A stretch of 64,000 nucleotides of DNA from an uncultured delta proteobacterium (GTDB lineage: Bacteria > Desulfobacterota > WTBG01): assembly GCA_963793865.1 (NCBI GenBank), contig CAWCBP010000001.1:864001-928000 (forward strand). The letters are read 5' to 3'. The stretch's first letter is position 1; every line of letters begins with the position of its first letter. Below the pieces are notes generated by a model. That model was given only the letters and a program-made list of their open reading frames with translations, ran no database searches and was not told the DNA's origin. Below, piece after piece: positions 50,037-59,996 of the stretch. The position numbers and the translations under genes were made by a program.

Positions 50037-50690
50037 TTAGCGGGAACATTTTACTCCGGTCTGGTTCGTCATCTTAAAAACGGAGAAGTCATATCCGTTT
50101 TGCTTAAGCCGCTCCGCGATCCCGCTCAGGGTTTCCTGAGGGAGTTCAGGGCTGCGGCTTAATATCCAGCCGTAGGTTCGTTCAGGATGACCTATGACCA
50201 CGTAACGGTAGTCCGGGTCGAGTTCAATAATCCAGTAATCACCTTTAAAAGGAAAGAAGCCGAGCACGGAAAAAAAGCCGACCTTCAGTTTTGCCGGGCA
50301 GCTCTTATCAACAATCCAGGCGCGACCATGTGCCTCTTTCACCGTTCCCTCCCTGGTGCAGCACCGGTTGACCACAGTAATCTCGCCGTTTTCAGTCAGT
50401 GAGTACTCAGCGGTTGATCCCGAGTCGCAGGCTTTTTGAAACCAGACCGGAATAGAGGCAATTTCATACCATGTGCCAATATAGCGGTTCAGGTCGACGG
50501 TATCGACCACCGTAACTTCAGCCGGGATGCTGTCCGATACAGCTGAAACCGCGGCAGCAGCCAATAACAGCAGACAGAGTAGCAGTGAAAGCATCAACAC
50601 ACCGGTTTTCATGCGATTGATAACGGGAATGAGAACACGCATTTGGGTTGCCTCCTGTTTGGTTTGCAATTGCTGTGCTGCAGATGTCAT
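50037..50690 (-). CDS. blc: Bacterial lipocalin (Blc-like); start uncertain
   Basis: VDLNRYIGTWYEIA, LKV-x-F, GDYWII-x-LD-x-DY, WILSR. Confidence 0.9.
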   Translation of the reverse strand: MTSAAQQLQTKQEATQMRVLIPVINRMKTGVLMLSLLLCLLLLAAAAVSAVSDSIPAEVTVVDTVDLNRYIGTWYEIASIPVWFQKACDSGSTAEYSLTENGEITVVNRCCTREGTVKEAHGRAWIVDKSCPAKLKVGFFSVLGFFPFKGDYWIIELDPDYRYVVIGHPERTYGWILSRSPELPQETLSGIAERLKQNGYDFSVFKMTNQTGVKCSR

Positions 50691-50801
50691 CAGTGCGGCA
50701 GCAGGATAAGATGGCCGAAGCCCATTATCTTCTATTCGTACATGATAATCAAATTAATAATACGGCGCGGGTGAACGGATGGAAGCGTTGAGGCTTTTAA
50801 T

Positions 50802-50830
50802 TTGACATGACACGCATGTTTTCATATAGT
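50802..50830 (+). promoter_or_regulatory. sigma70-type promoter
   Basis: TTGACA-17 nt-TATAGT. Confidence 0.7.
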
Positions 50831-50874
50831 TACTGAACATTACATCCATTGCCGGCAACACTTCAGCGATAATC

Positions 50875-52128
50875 ATGGCAACGAAAAAAGGCATTATAGC
50901 GTTAATGGGGTCGGGAGAGATGACCTCCACCATGGTGGAGGTTCACAAGGAGCTCTTGAGCAGGTGCGGGAGCAACGCCCGTGCTGTTTTCATTGATACA
51001 CCGGCCGGGTTTCAGCTCAATGCGGATCAGCTGTCCGACAAGGCGGTTGAGTATTTCCGCTTGCGCGTCAAGTATCCTTTGTCCGTCGTCTCCTACCGCT
51101 CGGCTGAGTTGATTTCGCCGTATGACGCCGAGAAGGCTTTTCATTCATTGCGTGAGGCTGATTACTTTCTTATCGGTCCCGGAAGCCCGACCTACGCAGT
51201 TCGACAATGGCAGAAGACTCCGATTGCCGATATCATAACCGCACGGATCGAAGACGGCGGGTGCCTGGTAGCGGCCAGTGCAGCCGCGCTCACTGTCGGG
51301 CGCTTTACCCTGCCGGTGTATGAGATATACAAGGTGGGAGAGCCCCTCCACTGGATGGAAGGGACGGACATCCTTGGTAAATTTGGCATTAATCTCGCCG
51401 TGGTTCCGCACTGGAATAATGCCGAGGGCGGTAACCACGATACCCGCTTCTGCTACATGGGGGAGCCCCGGTTCCGGGACCTCGAGGCCCGGCTTCCGGA
51501 TGAGACCGGGGTTATCGGACTGGATGAGCACACGGCGTGCCTGATTGATCTCGCCAATGAATCATTTTCCATACGAGGTCTCGGCCGCGTCACCATGCGA
51601 TGTGCCGGTACGGAACGATGGTTTGAAAGGGGACAGCTTTATCCTCTCAGCGTCTTGCGCGGTGAGGCGATGAATGAATCGGATCGGCCGGTGTGCGGGC
51701 ATGAGGCCGTACCCGAAGGCACGCGTGGGTCATCTGATGATGCCTTCTGGAATAAGGTCAATCAGCTTCAGGATGCATATCATGAAGGATTTGAGAATGG
51801 CATGCCGGAAAAGGCAGTCAATGCCCTGCTGGAACTTGACGGTATCATCTGGAAGGCGCAGGAAGAATTGGAAACCCAGGAGTTTATTTCACAGGCGCGG
51901 GATATTTTGCGTGAAATGATTGTTTTCCTGGGAGCCGGCCTTAACAGTACCTCGCAGCACATTCCTCAACAGCTTGCTTCGCTGATGGAGGGTCTGCTTG
52001 CCCTCAGGAATAAGCTCAGGCAGCACAATCAGTGGGAAGATGCGGACGCACTTCGCGATTGCCTTATGAAGGCCGGGATTATCATTGAAGACGGCAGAGA
52101 TGGTTCACAATGGCATTACAGATCCTGA
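50875..52128 (+). CDS. Peptidase S51/cyanophycinase-like (class I GATase fold) protein fused to a CysRS-like C-terminal domain
   Basis: LMGSGE, GPGSPTY, AASAAA nucleophile elbow, VPHWNN, GLDEHT. C-terminus LLALRNKLR...W-x2-ADALRD-x-L-x3-GIIIED-x3-G-x2-W. Confidence 0.75.
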   Translation: MATKKGIIALMGSGEMTSTMVEVHKELLSRCGSNARAVFIDTPAGFQLNADQLSDKAVEYFRLRVKYPLSVVSYRSAELISPYDAEKAFHSLREADYFLIGPGSPTYAVRQWQKTPIADIITARIEDGGCLVAASAAALTVGRFTLPVYEIYKVGEPLHWMEGTDILGKFGINLAVVPHWNNAEGGNHDTRFCYMGEPRFRDLEARLPDETGVIGLDEHTACLIDLANESFSIRGLGRVTMRCAGTERWFERGQLYPLSVLRGEAMNESDRPVCGHEAVPEGTRGSSDDAFWNKVNQLQDAYHEGFENGMPEKAVNALLELDGIIWKAQEELETQEFISQARDILREMIVFLGAGLNSTSQHIPQQLASLMEGLLALRNKLRQHNQWEDADALRDCLMKAGIIIEDGRDGSQWHYRS

Positions 52129-52254
52129 TACGCAGCTAAAAATATTCAAGCGAGGCATATATTCCGGCTTGTAATACAAAGCCATTTTTTAAACTGCTTG
52201 ACAAACGATGCAAAATATAACACTTTGTAGCCGCATGGTAACCACAGAGGAAGC

Positions 52255-52824
52255 ATGAAAAAATCGACTGCCTGCCTGCGCGCGGTTCTCATAACCTGCA
52301 TGCTCATGCCCGTGTCCGGTTGCTTCAACAAGGATAAGCCGGCGGGGAGGCTCTATTTTGAGCCGCATCCGAGACTGATCGAAGATTATACGGGCATGGT
52401 TGAGGTAATGCAACTGAACTGGGCGTGGTCGCAGCCCGGTTTCAAACTGGGCACCTATCAGAGCGTCTCGCTGACGCCTGTCGGCAACCTCACCGAGGTG
52501 CAGGACAGCACCGTTGCACGGCGGATTGATGAGGAGCTGACCGCCTGGTTTACGCAGAATGGATTCGCCCTGTCCCAGGACGGTCAACTCTCGTGCGAGG
52601 GGGCAATCGTCGCATTAAAGCTGGAAAGAACTTTTTTAGAAAAGAAATACATCTTTCGTGAAAAGGCAGCAGATCTTTTTCTGGAGATGGAATTTGTTAT
52701 TAAGGAAATGCCCTCCCAAAACACTATCTGTAAAATCAGACATGGTGTCATCGCATCTCAAAGCGACCAGCTTGCCGCCCAGCTCGCATCAGGCTTGTTG
52801 AGCTATCTGGACGCGCACAAGTAA
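52255..52824 (+). CDS. Hypothetical lipoprotein
   Basis: Signal peptide with lipobox VSGC; GAGG RBS. Confidence 0.7.
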   Translation: MKKSTACLRAVLITCMLMPVSGCFNKDKPAGRLYFEPHPRLIEDYTGMVEVMQLNWAWSQPGFKLGTYQSVSLTPVGNLTEVQDSTVARRIDEELTAWFTQNGFALSQDGQLSCEGAIVALKLERTFLEKKYIFREKAADLFLEMEFVIKEMPSQNTICKIRHGVIASQSDQLAAQLASGLLSYLDAHK

Positions 52825-52845
52825 TCATCCTTTCATTCCTGATTC

Positions 52846-53484
52846 ATGATCTGGAGCATTTTATATTACATTGTCCGATTTACCCTGTACTGCATGGCGG
52901 TCCCTTTTTTTCGTTTCACCGCCCACGGAGTCCGGAACATACCGGAACGGGGCCGCATTATCCTGGCTTCCAACCATGCAAGCAATCTTGACCCGCTATT
53001 CGTCGGTGTGGCTGCCCCGAGGCGCATCAATTACCTGGCCAAGAAGGAACTCTTTTCCAACCGGCTCTTCGGTTTCATACTGCGCAAGATATGCAGCGCC
53101 CTTCCCGTTGACCGGGATCAGATGGACCGGACCACACTGAGAGAGATATTTCGTCTGCTTGAACATGAGGAGATGATGCTGGTTTTCCCTGAAGGCACAC
53201 GCACGCATGACGGAAGGCTCGGGGAAGCAAAGCTTGGTGTCGGTCTGATTGCCCATCATGCCCGGGCGACGGTCATTCCCGCATATGTTCGCGGTTCCTA
53301 CGAAATTTTGCCGCGTCACGCGAAGCGCATCCGTTTGAGCCGCTGCGCGGTTTGGTTCGGTCCGCCGGTGGAACTGGATGAATTGTACCGGCAGGCTAAA
53401 TCAAAGGAAGTGTACAAGCGCATCGGCGACAGGATCATGGAAGGCATTCGAAGGCTGGAGGAGCATTCACGGCAGGCGGTTTAA
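52846..53484 (+). CDS. plsC: 1-acyl-sn-glycerol-3-phosphate acyltransferase
   Basis: NHASNLDP, AKKELF, FPEGTR. Confidence 0.9.
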   Translation: MIWSILYYIVRFTLYCMAVPFFRFTAHGVRNIPERGRIILASNHASNLDPLFVGVAAPRRINYLAKKELFSNRLFGFILRKICSALPVDRDQMDRTTLREIFRLLEHEEMMLVFPEGTRTHDGRLGEAKLGVGLIAHHARATVIPAYVRGSYEILPRHAKRIRLSRCAVWFGPPVELDELYRQAKSKEVYKRIGDRIMEGIRRLEEHSRQAV

Positions 53485-53554
53485 GAACGGCATGGGGAGG
53501 CCTCGTGCTTCCGTTGGATGTTTACATCATATTCATGGGATGGTTAACCTGTTC

Positions 53555-54244
53555 ATGGCCTGCGCAATCAAGATATGCGGCGTAACCGCTCCCGAGGATG
53601 CCTCCCTGCTATCCGCGGCGGGAATCGATTATCTCGGCGTCCTGGTAAATGTTACCCGGTCGCCCCGCTCGGTGACCGTTGAGCGGGCATCCGGGATCAT
53701 CGCCGCCGCCACAGTGCCGGTTATTGTGCTGACCTACGACCACAGCCCCGCCGGGGTGATGGATCTGGTACAGGCATTGCGTCCCGCCGGGATTCAGCTG
53801 GCGGGCAATGAAAGCGAAGGATACATTGCGTCGCTGCGCGATTCACTGGACATTGAAATATGGAAGTCGGTTCACCTGCCGGCCCGGGAAGCGGGACACG
53901 ATATATCAGGAACGCTGGCGGCACAAATCAACCGTTTTGCCCGGATCGGGGTCAACCGGGTTGTGCTTGACACCGCACTGATCAGAAACTCGGTCGTGCT
54001 CAAGGGCGGTACCGGGCAGCCGTGCGACTGGTCGATTGCGGCTCGAGTCAAAAAAGCGGTTGACATGTTTCTTCTGCTGGCCGGGGGCATTCATCCGGGC
54101 AATATCAGGGAAGCGCTGCAGCAGGTCGGCCCCGATGGGGTCGACGTGAGCAGCGGCGTTGAGCGTTCGGTCGGCATGAAGGATGCGGCACTGGTGAAAC
54201 GCCTCGTTTCCGAGGCAGGGATGAATACGCCCAACAGGGCATGA
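53555..54244 (+). CDS. trpF: Phosphoribosylanthranilate isomerase
   Basis: IKICGVT, GGTG, LAGGI-x-P-x-N, GVDVSSGVE-x3-G-x-KD. Confidence 0.85.
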   Translation: MACAIKICGVTAPEDASLLSAAGIDYLGVLVNVTRSPRSVTVERASGIIAAATVPVIVLTYDHSPAGVMDLVQALRPAGIQLAGNESEGYIASLRDSLDIEIWKSVHLPAREAGHDISGTLAAQINRFARIGVNRVVLDTALIRNSVVLKGGTGQPCDWSIAARVKKAVDMFLLLAGGIHPGNIREALQQVGPDGVDVSSGVERSVGMKDAALVKRLVSEAGMNTPNRA

Positions 54245-54256
54245 CATGCATCAGGA

Positions 54257-57202
54257 GTGTACAGAGTGATCGGTTCGCTGGTTAAAAAAATAGTAGGAAG
54301 CAAAAACGAGCGCGTGCTTCGCGGATTTGGGCCGCTGGTCAGGAGAATAAACGAGTTGGAGCCGGGGGTGCGGGCCTTATCGGATGAGGAACTGCGGGGC
54401 AGGACCGTTCTCTTCAGGGAGCGTCTGAGCGGGGGCGAAACGCTGGACGATCTTTTGCCCGAGGCCTTTGCCGTGGTGCGGGAGGTTTCCCGGAGAACGC
54501 TGAACATGCGGCATTTTGATTGTCAGCTCATAGGGGGCATGGTATTGCACCGCGGCACGATAGCCGAAATGGCCACCGGCGAGGGTAAAACGCTGGTTGC
54601 CACCCTGCCGGCCTATCTCAACGCCCTGAGCGGCAAAGGCGTTCACATTGTGACGGTTAACGATTACCTGGCGAAACGCGACCGGGAATGGATGGGAACC
54701 ATTTTCGAATTTCTCGGCCTTACGGTTGACGTCATTTACCACGATATCGATCCCATGACCCGCAAAAAAGCCTATGAGGCCGACATCACCTATGGAACCA
54801 ACACCGAATTCGGTTTTGATTATCTCCGGGACAACATGGCCACCCGGCAGGACTACCAGGTGCAGCGGGTGCATAATTACGCCATCGTGGACGAGGTGGA
54901 CAGCATTCTCATCGATGAAGCAAGAACACCGCTGATCATTTCAGGACCGGTGGAGCATTCCACTCATCAGTTCAAGGAACTCCGCATACCGGTTGACCGT
55001 CTGGTGAAGGCGCAGGCAAGCCTGGTGAACAATTTGCTTTCCCAGGCGGAGCGCCTTTTTGAAGAGGAAAAGGACTACGAGGGCGCCTACAAGCTGCTGC
55101 AGGCAAAGCGGGGTTCGCCCAAGAACAAGCGCTTTCTCAAGATAGCCAAGGAAGGAAGATACAAAAAGCTGATGGAGCGGGTGGAGCTCGATTACATGCG
55201 TGATAAGCGCATGGGAGAGCTTGACGAAGATCTCTATTTCAGCATCGACGAAAAGTCGCATGTGGTTGATTTAACCGACAAGGGAAGAGAAGCGCTGGCT
55301 CCCAACGATCCCAACCTTTTTGTTCTGCCGGACCTGAGCGTTATAGATGAGGACCCCTCCCTTCCGGAAGAGGAGCGCCTGAGCAGGCGCAGGGAGGTTG
55401 AAAAGGAGTTTTACGAAAAAGGGGAAAAAATACAGAACATCACCCAGCTGCTCAAGGCCTATTCACTGTTCGAGAAGGACGTGGACTACGTGGTCAGCGA
55501 CGGGCAGGTGCTGATTGTTGATGAATTTACCGGCAGGCTGCTTCCGGGACGCCGCTACAGCGACGGGCTCCACCAGGCGCTTGAGGCCAAGGAGGACGTT
55601 ACCATTGAAGGCGAGACCCAGACCCTGGCCACAATCACCATTCAGAATTACTTCCGACTGTATCAGAAGCTCGCGGGCATGACCGGAACCGCTGAAACGG
55701 AAGCGCCCGAATTTATGAAGATATACAAGCTGGACGTGGTTGTCATTCCCACCAATGAACCGGTGCGCAGAATCAATTATTCCGATGTCATCTACCGTAC
55801 CAAGCGTGAAAAATACCGGGCAATTATTGATGAAATAAAGGCCATGCATGAAAAGGGAAGGCCGGTCCTGGTAGGCACGGTGTCGGTTGAGGTATCGGAA
55901 CTGCTCAGCAGAATGCTTCCCCGGACCATTAAGCATTCCGTTCTCAATGCCAAGCGGCATCAGGAAGAGGCGGATATAGTCGCCAATGCCGGACTTGCAG
56001 GCGCGGTTACCATTGCCACCAACATGGCCGGACGGGGTACGGACATCAAGCTCGGTCCCGGTGTTATCAGGTGCGGGACCCAGTGCTGCCTCACCTGTGA
56101 AATTGAAAAAGAGAAGGGATGTCAGGCCTGCCCGGATCCGGACAAGCGGGGTACAAAGATGACCGCCTGCAAAAACGACATGCCCTGCGGCCTGCACATC
56201 ATCGGAACCGAACGGCACGAATCCCGGAGGATAGACCGGCAGCTGCGCGGCCGCTGCGCGCGCCAGGGTGACCCGGGGTCGTCGCGCTTTTTTCTCTCCC
56301 TGGAAGACGACCTGCTGAGGATTTTCGGCTCGGAGAGAATCTCCTCCATCATGGAGCGCATGGAGATGGAGGAGGGCGAGCGGATTGAGCACCGTCTTAT
56401 TACCTCGGCCATCGAGCGGGCGCAGGCGCGGGTTGAAGCCCACAACTTCGACATACGCAAGCACCTGCTGGAATATGATGATGTCATGAACAAGCAGCGG
56501 GAGGTTATCTACCAGCAGCGCAGCAAGGTGCTCAGCCGGGAAAATCTCAGGGACGAGATTGATGCCACCCTCAGGGAACTGGCCGCATCCATTGCCGAAC
56601 AATACGCCGAGGAGAAAATTCACCCTGAAGACTGGAACTATAAAGGCCTGAAAGAGTCGGTGTTCAAGCAGTTCTCATTTGCGCTGCGCCTGCCCCCGCC
56701 GGACAGGATCAAGGATTTCAGAAAGGAAAGCATCACCGATCTCATCGTGGAGCAGGCCGGTGATGTCTACCGGCGCAAGGAAGCGGAAATCGGAGAAGGG
56801 CCGCTGCGGGCGGTTGAAAAAATGGTTTATTTGCAGGTGATTGACACCCTGTGGAAGGAACACCTGCTGATGATGGATCACCTGAAAGAGGGCATAGGCT
56901 TGAGAGGCTACGGCCAGCGCGACCCGCTCAGGGAATATCAGAAGGAAGGCTATGACCTCTTTTTGGACCTGCTGGAACGCATTGATGCCGAGACCATCGA
57001 AAAGCTTTTCATGCTGCAGCTGGCAAAAGAGCCGCCCCGCATGAGACCCGAGCCGTCGCCGGTGCAGCACTTTGTCCTGAGCCGGGGCGGCGAGCAGGCG
57101 CCGGAAGCGAAAACCGTCAAGCGAGAGGGAAGGAAGGTCGGCCGGAACGACCCCTGCCCGTGCGGCAGCGGCAAGAAATATAAAAAGTGCTGCGGAAGCT
57201 AG
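54257..57202 (+). CDS. secA: Preprotein translocase subunit SecA
   Basis: MATGEGKT, VDEVDSILIDEARTPLIISG, TNMAGRGTDI, QLRGRCARQGDPG, C-terminal SEC-C GRNDPCPCGSGKKYKKCC. Confidence 0.98.
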   Translation: MYRVIGSLVKKIVGSKNERVLRGFGPLVRRINELEPGVRALSDEELRGRTVLFRERLSGGETLDDLLPEAFAVVREVSRRTLNMRHFDCQLIGGMVLHRGTIAEMATGEGKTLVATLPAYLNALSGKGVHIVTVNDYLAKRDREWMGTIFEFLGLTVDVIYHDIDPMTRKKAYEADITYGTNTEFGFDYLRDNMATRQDYQVQRVHNYAIVDEVDSILIDEARTPLIISGPVEHSTHQFKELRIPVDRLVKAQASLVNNLLSQAERLFEEEKDYEGAYKLLQAKRGSPKNKRFLKIAKEGRYKKLMERVELDYMRDKRMGELDEDLYFSIDEKSHVVDLTDKGREALAPNDPNLFVLPDLSVIDEDPSLPEEERLSRRREVEKEFYEKGEKIQNITQLLKAYSLFEKDVDYVVSDGQVLIVDEFTGRLLPGRRYSDGLHQALEAKEDVTIEGETQTLATITIQNYFRLYQKLAGMTGTAETEAPEFMKIYKLDVVVIPTNEPVRRINYSDVIYRTKREKYRAIIDEIKAMHEKGRPVLVGTVSVEVSELLSRMLPRTIKHSVLNAKRHQEEADIVANAGLAGAVTIATNMAGRGTDIKLGPGVIRCGTQCCLTCEIEKEKGCQACPDPDKRGTKMTACKNDMPCGLHIIGTERHESRRIDRQLRGRCARQGDPGSSRFFLSLEDDLLRIFGSERISSIMERMEMEEGERIEHRLITSAIERAQARVEAHNFDIRKHLLEYDDVMNKQREVIYQQRSKVLSRENLRDEIDATLRELAASIAEQYAEEKIHPEDWNYKGLKESVFKQFSFALRLPPPDRIKDFRKESITDLIVEQAGDVYRRKEAEIGEGPLRAVEKMVYLQVIDTLWKEHLLMMDHLKEGIGLRGYGQRDPLREYQKEGYDLFLDLLERIDAETIEKLFMLQLAKEPPRMRPEPSPVQHFVLSRGGEQAPEAKTVKREGRKVGRNDPCPCGSGKKYKKCCGS

Positions 57203-57247
57203 AATGCTCATGAAGCTTATTGACAGCCACTGGAGTTGAGGTGCCTC

Positions 57248-58435
57248 ATGAATCACAGAGTGCCCGGTTTTCTTGCCGGCGGCATCAGCGCCGGAATCAA
57301 ATCATCTCAGCAGCCCGACCTGGGTCTCATCGTTTCTCAGGTACCTGCCGCGGCGGCGGCCGTTTTTACGACCAATAAAATCAAGGCGGCTCCTGTCATA
57401 GTGTCGCGTGAAAGGCTGACAAAGTCCGGGAACCTCGTCCGGGCGGTTCTTGTGAACAGTGGCAATGCCAATGCCTGCACCGGATCCGCCGGGATTGATC
57501 ACGTCCGGACTGTCTGTCATGACCTGGCCGGGGCGCTGAACATACCTGACAGCCAGGTGCTCATGTCCTCCACCGGCATTATTGGGGTTCCGCTTCCGAT
57601 ACGGCTCATAAGCGGCAGCATCTCCCGCCTGGTCGGCGCGCTTTCCCCTGACGGCATTGATGATTTCGCTCACGCCATCATGACCACCGACACCTTCCCC
57701 AAGGTGGTCATGAGAACATTTGAACTGTCCGGCAGGCACATCAGCCTCTGCGGAATCGCCAAAGGGGCCGGTATGATTATGCCCCGGATGGCAACCATGC
57801 TTTCTTACATAGTAACTGATCTCGCCATCGCGCCTGATGTGCTTCAAGCCGTGTTTTGCGACGCCGTGAACGACTCGTTTAATTCCATCACCATTGACGG
57901 TGACACCAGCACAAACGATACAGCCCTCATGCTGGCAAACGGACAGGCGGGCAATGCCCCGCTTACGGGTGATTCACCTGCAACCGATGCGTTCAGGGCT
58001 GAATTAGGCGGGCTCCTGAAGGATCTGGCCAGGTTGATTTTAAAAGATGCCGAGGGTGCCACCAAGACGGTAACCATCATGGTCCTCCGGGCCAAAACCA
58101 CCGCCGAGGCAAAAGATGTTGCCTATCAGGTGGCCAACTCCCCCCTGGTAAAGACGGCATTTTTCGGTGAAGACCTTAACTGGGGCCGGATCATGGCCGC
58201 CATCGGGAAAACTGCTTATGACATTAATCCCGATTCGATTGATATCCTTATTAATTCAGAGAAGGTAGTAGAGAACAGTACCGCGACCGGGCTCAAGTCA
58301 CAGGCAGCAGACCTGTTAAAGGGGAATGAATTCACCGTCACCATTGACCTCCATCGCGGTTCTGCATCAGCGGAAGTGGGCACAACGGATTTAAGCATTG
58401 AATATGTAAAGATAAATTCAGCATATCCCACATGA
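57248..58435 (+). CDS. argJ: Bifunctional glutamate N-acetyltransferase/amino-acid acetyltransferase
   Basis: NSGNANACTG, IMTTDT, KGAGMI-x-P-x-MATML, DGDTSTND, DAEGATK. Confidence 0.96.
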   Translation: MNHRVPGFLAGGISAGIKSSQQPDLGLIVSQVPAAAAAVFTTNKIKAAPVIVSRERLTKSGNLVRAVLVNSGNANACTGSAGIDHVRTVCHDLAGALNIPDSQVLMSSTGIIGVPLPIRLISGSISRLVGALSPDGIDDFAHAIMTTDTFPKVVMRTFELSGRHISLCGIAKGAGMIMPRMATMLSYIVTDLAIAPDVLQAVFCDAVNDSFNSITIDGDTSTNDTALMLANGQAGNAPLTGDSPATDAFRAELGGLLKDLARLILKDAEGATKTVTIMVLRAKTTAEAKDVAYQVANSPLVKTAFFGEDLNWGRIMAAIGKTAYDINPDSIDILINSEKVVENSTATGLKSQAADLLKGNEFTVTIDLHRGSASAEVGTTDLSIEYVKINSAYPT

Positions 58436-58573
58436 CCGGCAGGGCCGCATCCGGGTACATATTTTTCTCTTGCAAAATAATACCCGGTATGCTAACTAGA
58501 AAAACCATTTGTTTAGCAATAACAGGCTTTCAACAGGGCTGAACATTAAAAACCATTAAAAAGCGAGGTGCAC

Positions 58574-59338
58574 TTGGCAATACTCAGTATGAAGCAGTTG
58601 TTGGAGGCTGGAGTCCACTTTGGGCATCAGACCAAGCGATGGAACCCAAAAATGAAACCCTTCATTTTTGGAGCGAGGAACGGCATTTACATAATCGATT
58701 TACAAAAGACGGTTGTCCTCTTTGAGCGGATTTATAGCATGATCGTGGATATTGTTTCAAAGGGGGAAAAAGTCCTTTTTGTGGGCACCAAGAAACAGGC
58801 CCAGGATTCGATTGTTGAGGAATCAAATCGCTGCGGCATGTTCTATGTGAGCAATCGCTGGCTGGGCGGAACCCTGACCAATTTCAGGACCATAAAAAAT
58901 AATATTGAAAAGCTGAAATCGCTTGAAACCATGAAAAACGACGGCAGCATCGAACAGCGGTCAAAGAAAGAAGCCCTGGAGATGGACCGGGAAATTGAAA
59001 AGCTCGAATATAACCTGGGCGGCATCAAGGAAATGCAGAAGCTCCCGGGACTTATATATATCATCGACCCGAAAAAGGAACACATTGCGGCCGCGGAGGC
59101 AAAAAAGCTGAACATTCCCTCCGTGGGCCTTTTGGATACCAACTGTGACCCTGACGATGTGGATTACACCATACCGGGAAATGATGACGCCATAAAGGCA
59201 ATCAGGCTTTTTAACTCAAAAATAGCTGATGCCTGCATAGAAGGGAAGCGGCGGTTTGAAGAACGGATACAGGCCGACCGGAGGCATGAAGCTGATGACA
59301 AGGAAGATAAAGATAAAGAGGATAACCAGGGAGCTTAG
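58574..59338 (+). CDS. rpsB: 30S ribosomal protein S2
   Basis: [21 protein letters not shown]. Confidence 0.98.
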   Translation: MAILSMKQLLEAGVHFGHQTKRWNPKMKPFIFGARNGIYIIDLQKTVVLFERIYSMIVDIVSKGEKVLFVGTKKQAQDSIVEESNRCGMFYVSNRWLGGTLTNFRTIKNNIEKLKSLETMKNDGSIEQRSKKEALEMDREIEKLEYNLGGIKEMQKLPGLIYIIDPKKEHIAAAEAKKLNIPSVGLLDTNCDPDDVDYTIPGNDDAIKAIRLFNSKIADACIEGKRRFEERIQADRRHEADDKEDKDKEDNQGA

Positions 59339-59369
59339 TCGCTCCGACGCATGGTGAGGATACCCAATT

Positions 59370-59975
59370 ATGGAAATAAGCGCATCACATGTCAAACAGC
59401 TGCGCGAGCAGACCGGCGCTCCCATGATGGACTGCAAAAAGGCGCTGCTTGAAAGCAATGGTGATTTTGAAAAAGCCATAACCTATCTCAGGCAGAAAAG
59501 CCTGGCAACGGTCACCAAGAAGTCCAGCCGCACAACCTCTGACGGGCTTATAGCGTCGTACATTCACCCCGGCAGCAAGATCGGTGTCATGGTGGAGCTG
59601 AACTGCGAGACGGATTTTGTGGCGCGCAGCGCTGATTTCACCGAATTTACCAAAAACGTGGCCATGCACATCGCGGCGCTCAACCCGATTTACGTTCGGC
59701 GCGAGGATGTGAGCGAACCGGTGATTGAAAGCGAAAAGTCCATTTACCGGGAGCAGGCGAAAGAATCCGGCAAGCCCGAGAAATTCTGGGACAAAATCAT
59801 CAGCGGCAGACTGGACAAGTTTTATTCCGAGGTATGCCTGCTGGAACAAACCTACATTAAGGATGACAGCCGCTCCATTCAGGACGTTCTGAATGAGCTT
59901 ATCGCCAAGATGGGCGAGAACATATCCATCAGGCGCTTTGTGCGCTACCAGCTCGGTGAAACAGCACCCCGCTAA
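59370..59975 (+). CDS. tsf: Translation elongation factor Ts (short form)
   Basis: LREQTGA-x-MMDCKKAL, ELNCETDFVA. Confidence 0.97.
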   Translation: MEISASHVKQLREQTGAPMMDCKKALLESNGDFEKAITYLRQKSLATVTKKSSRTTSDGLIASYIHPGSKIGVMVELNCETDFVARSADFTEFTKNVAMHIAALNPIYVRREDVSEPVIESEKSIYREQAKESGKPEKFWDKIISGRLDKFYSEVCLLEQTYIKDDSRSIQDVLNELIAKMGENISIRRFVRYQLGETAPR

Positions 59976-59996
59976 TCCATCAGACGGAAGAACGCA

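Noticed and set aside
58440..58570. rpsB leader regulatory RNA
   Set aside because: Expected by position, but no recognisable conserved structure can be supported by eye.
59370..59975. EF-Ts looks truncated (201 aa)
   Set aside because: Short EF-Ts forms are normal in several bacterial lineages, and start, stop and motifs are intact.
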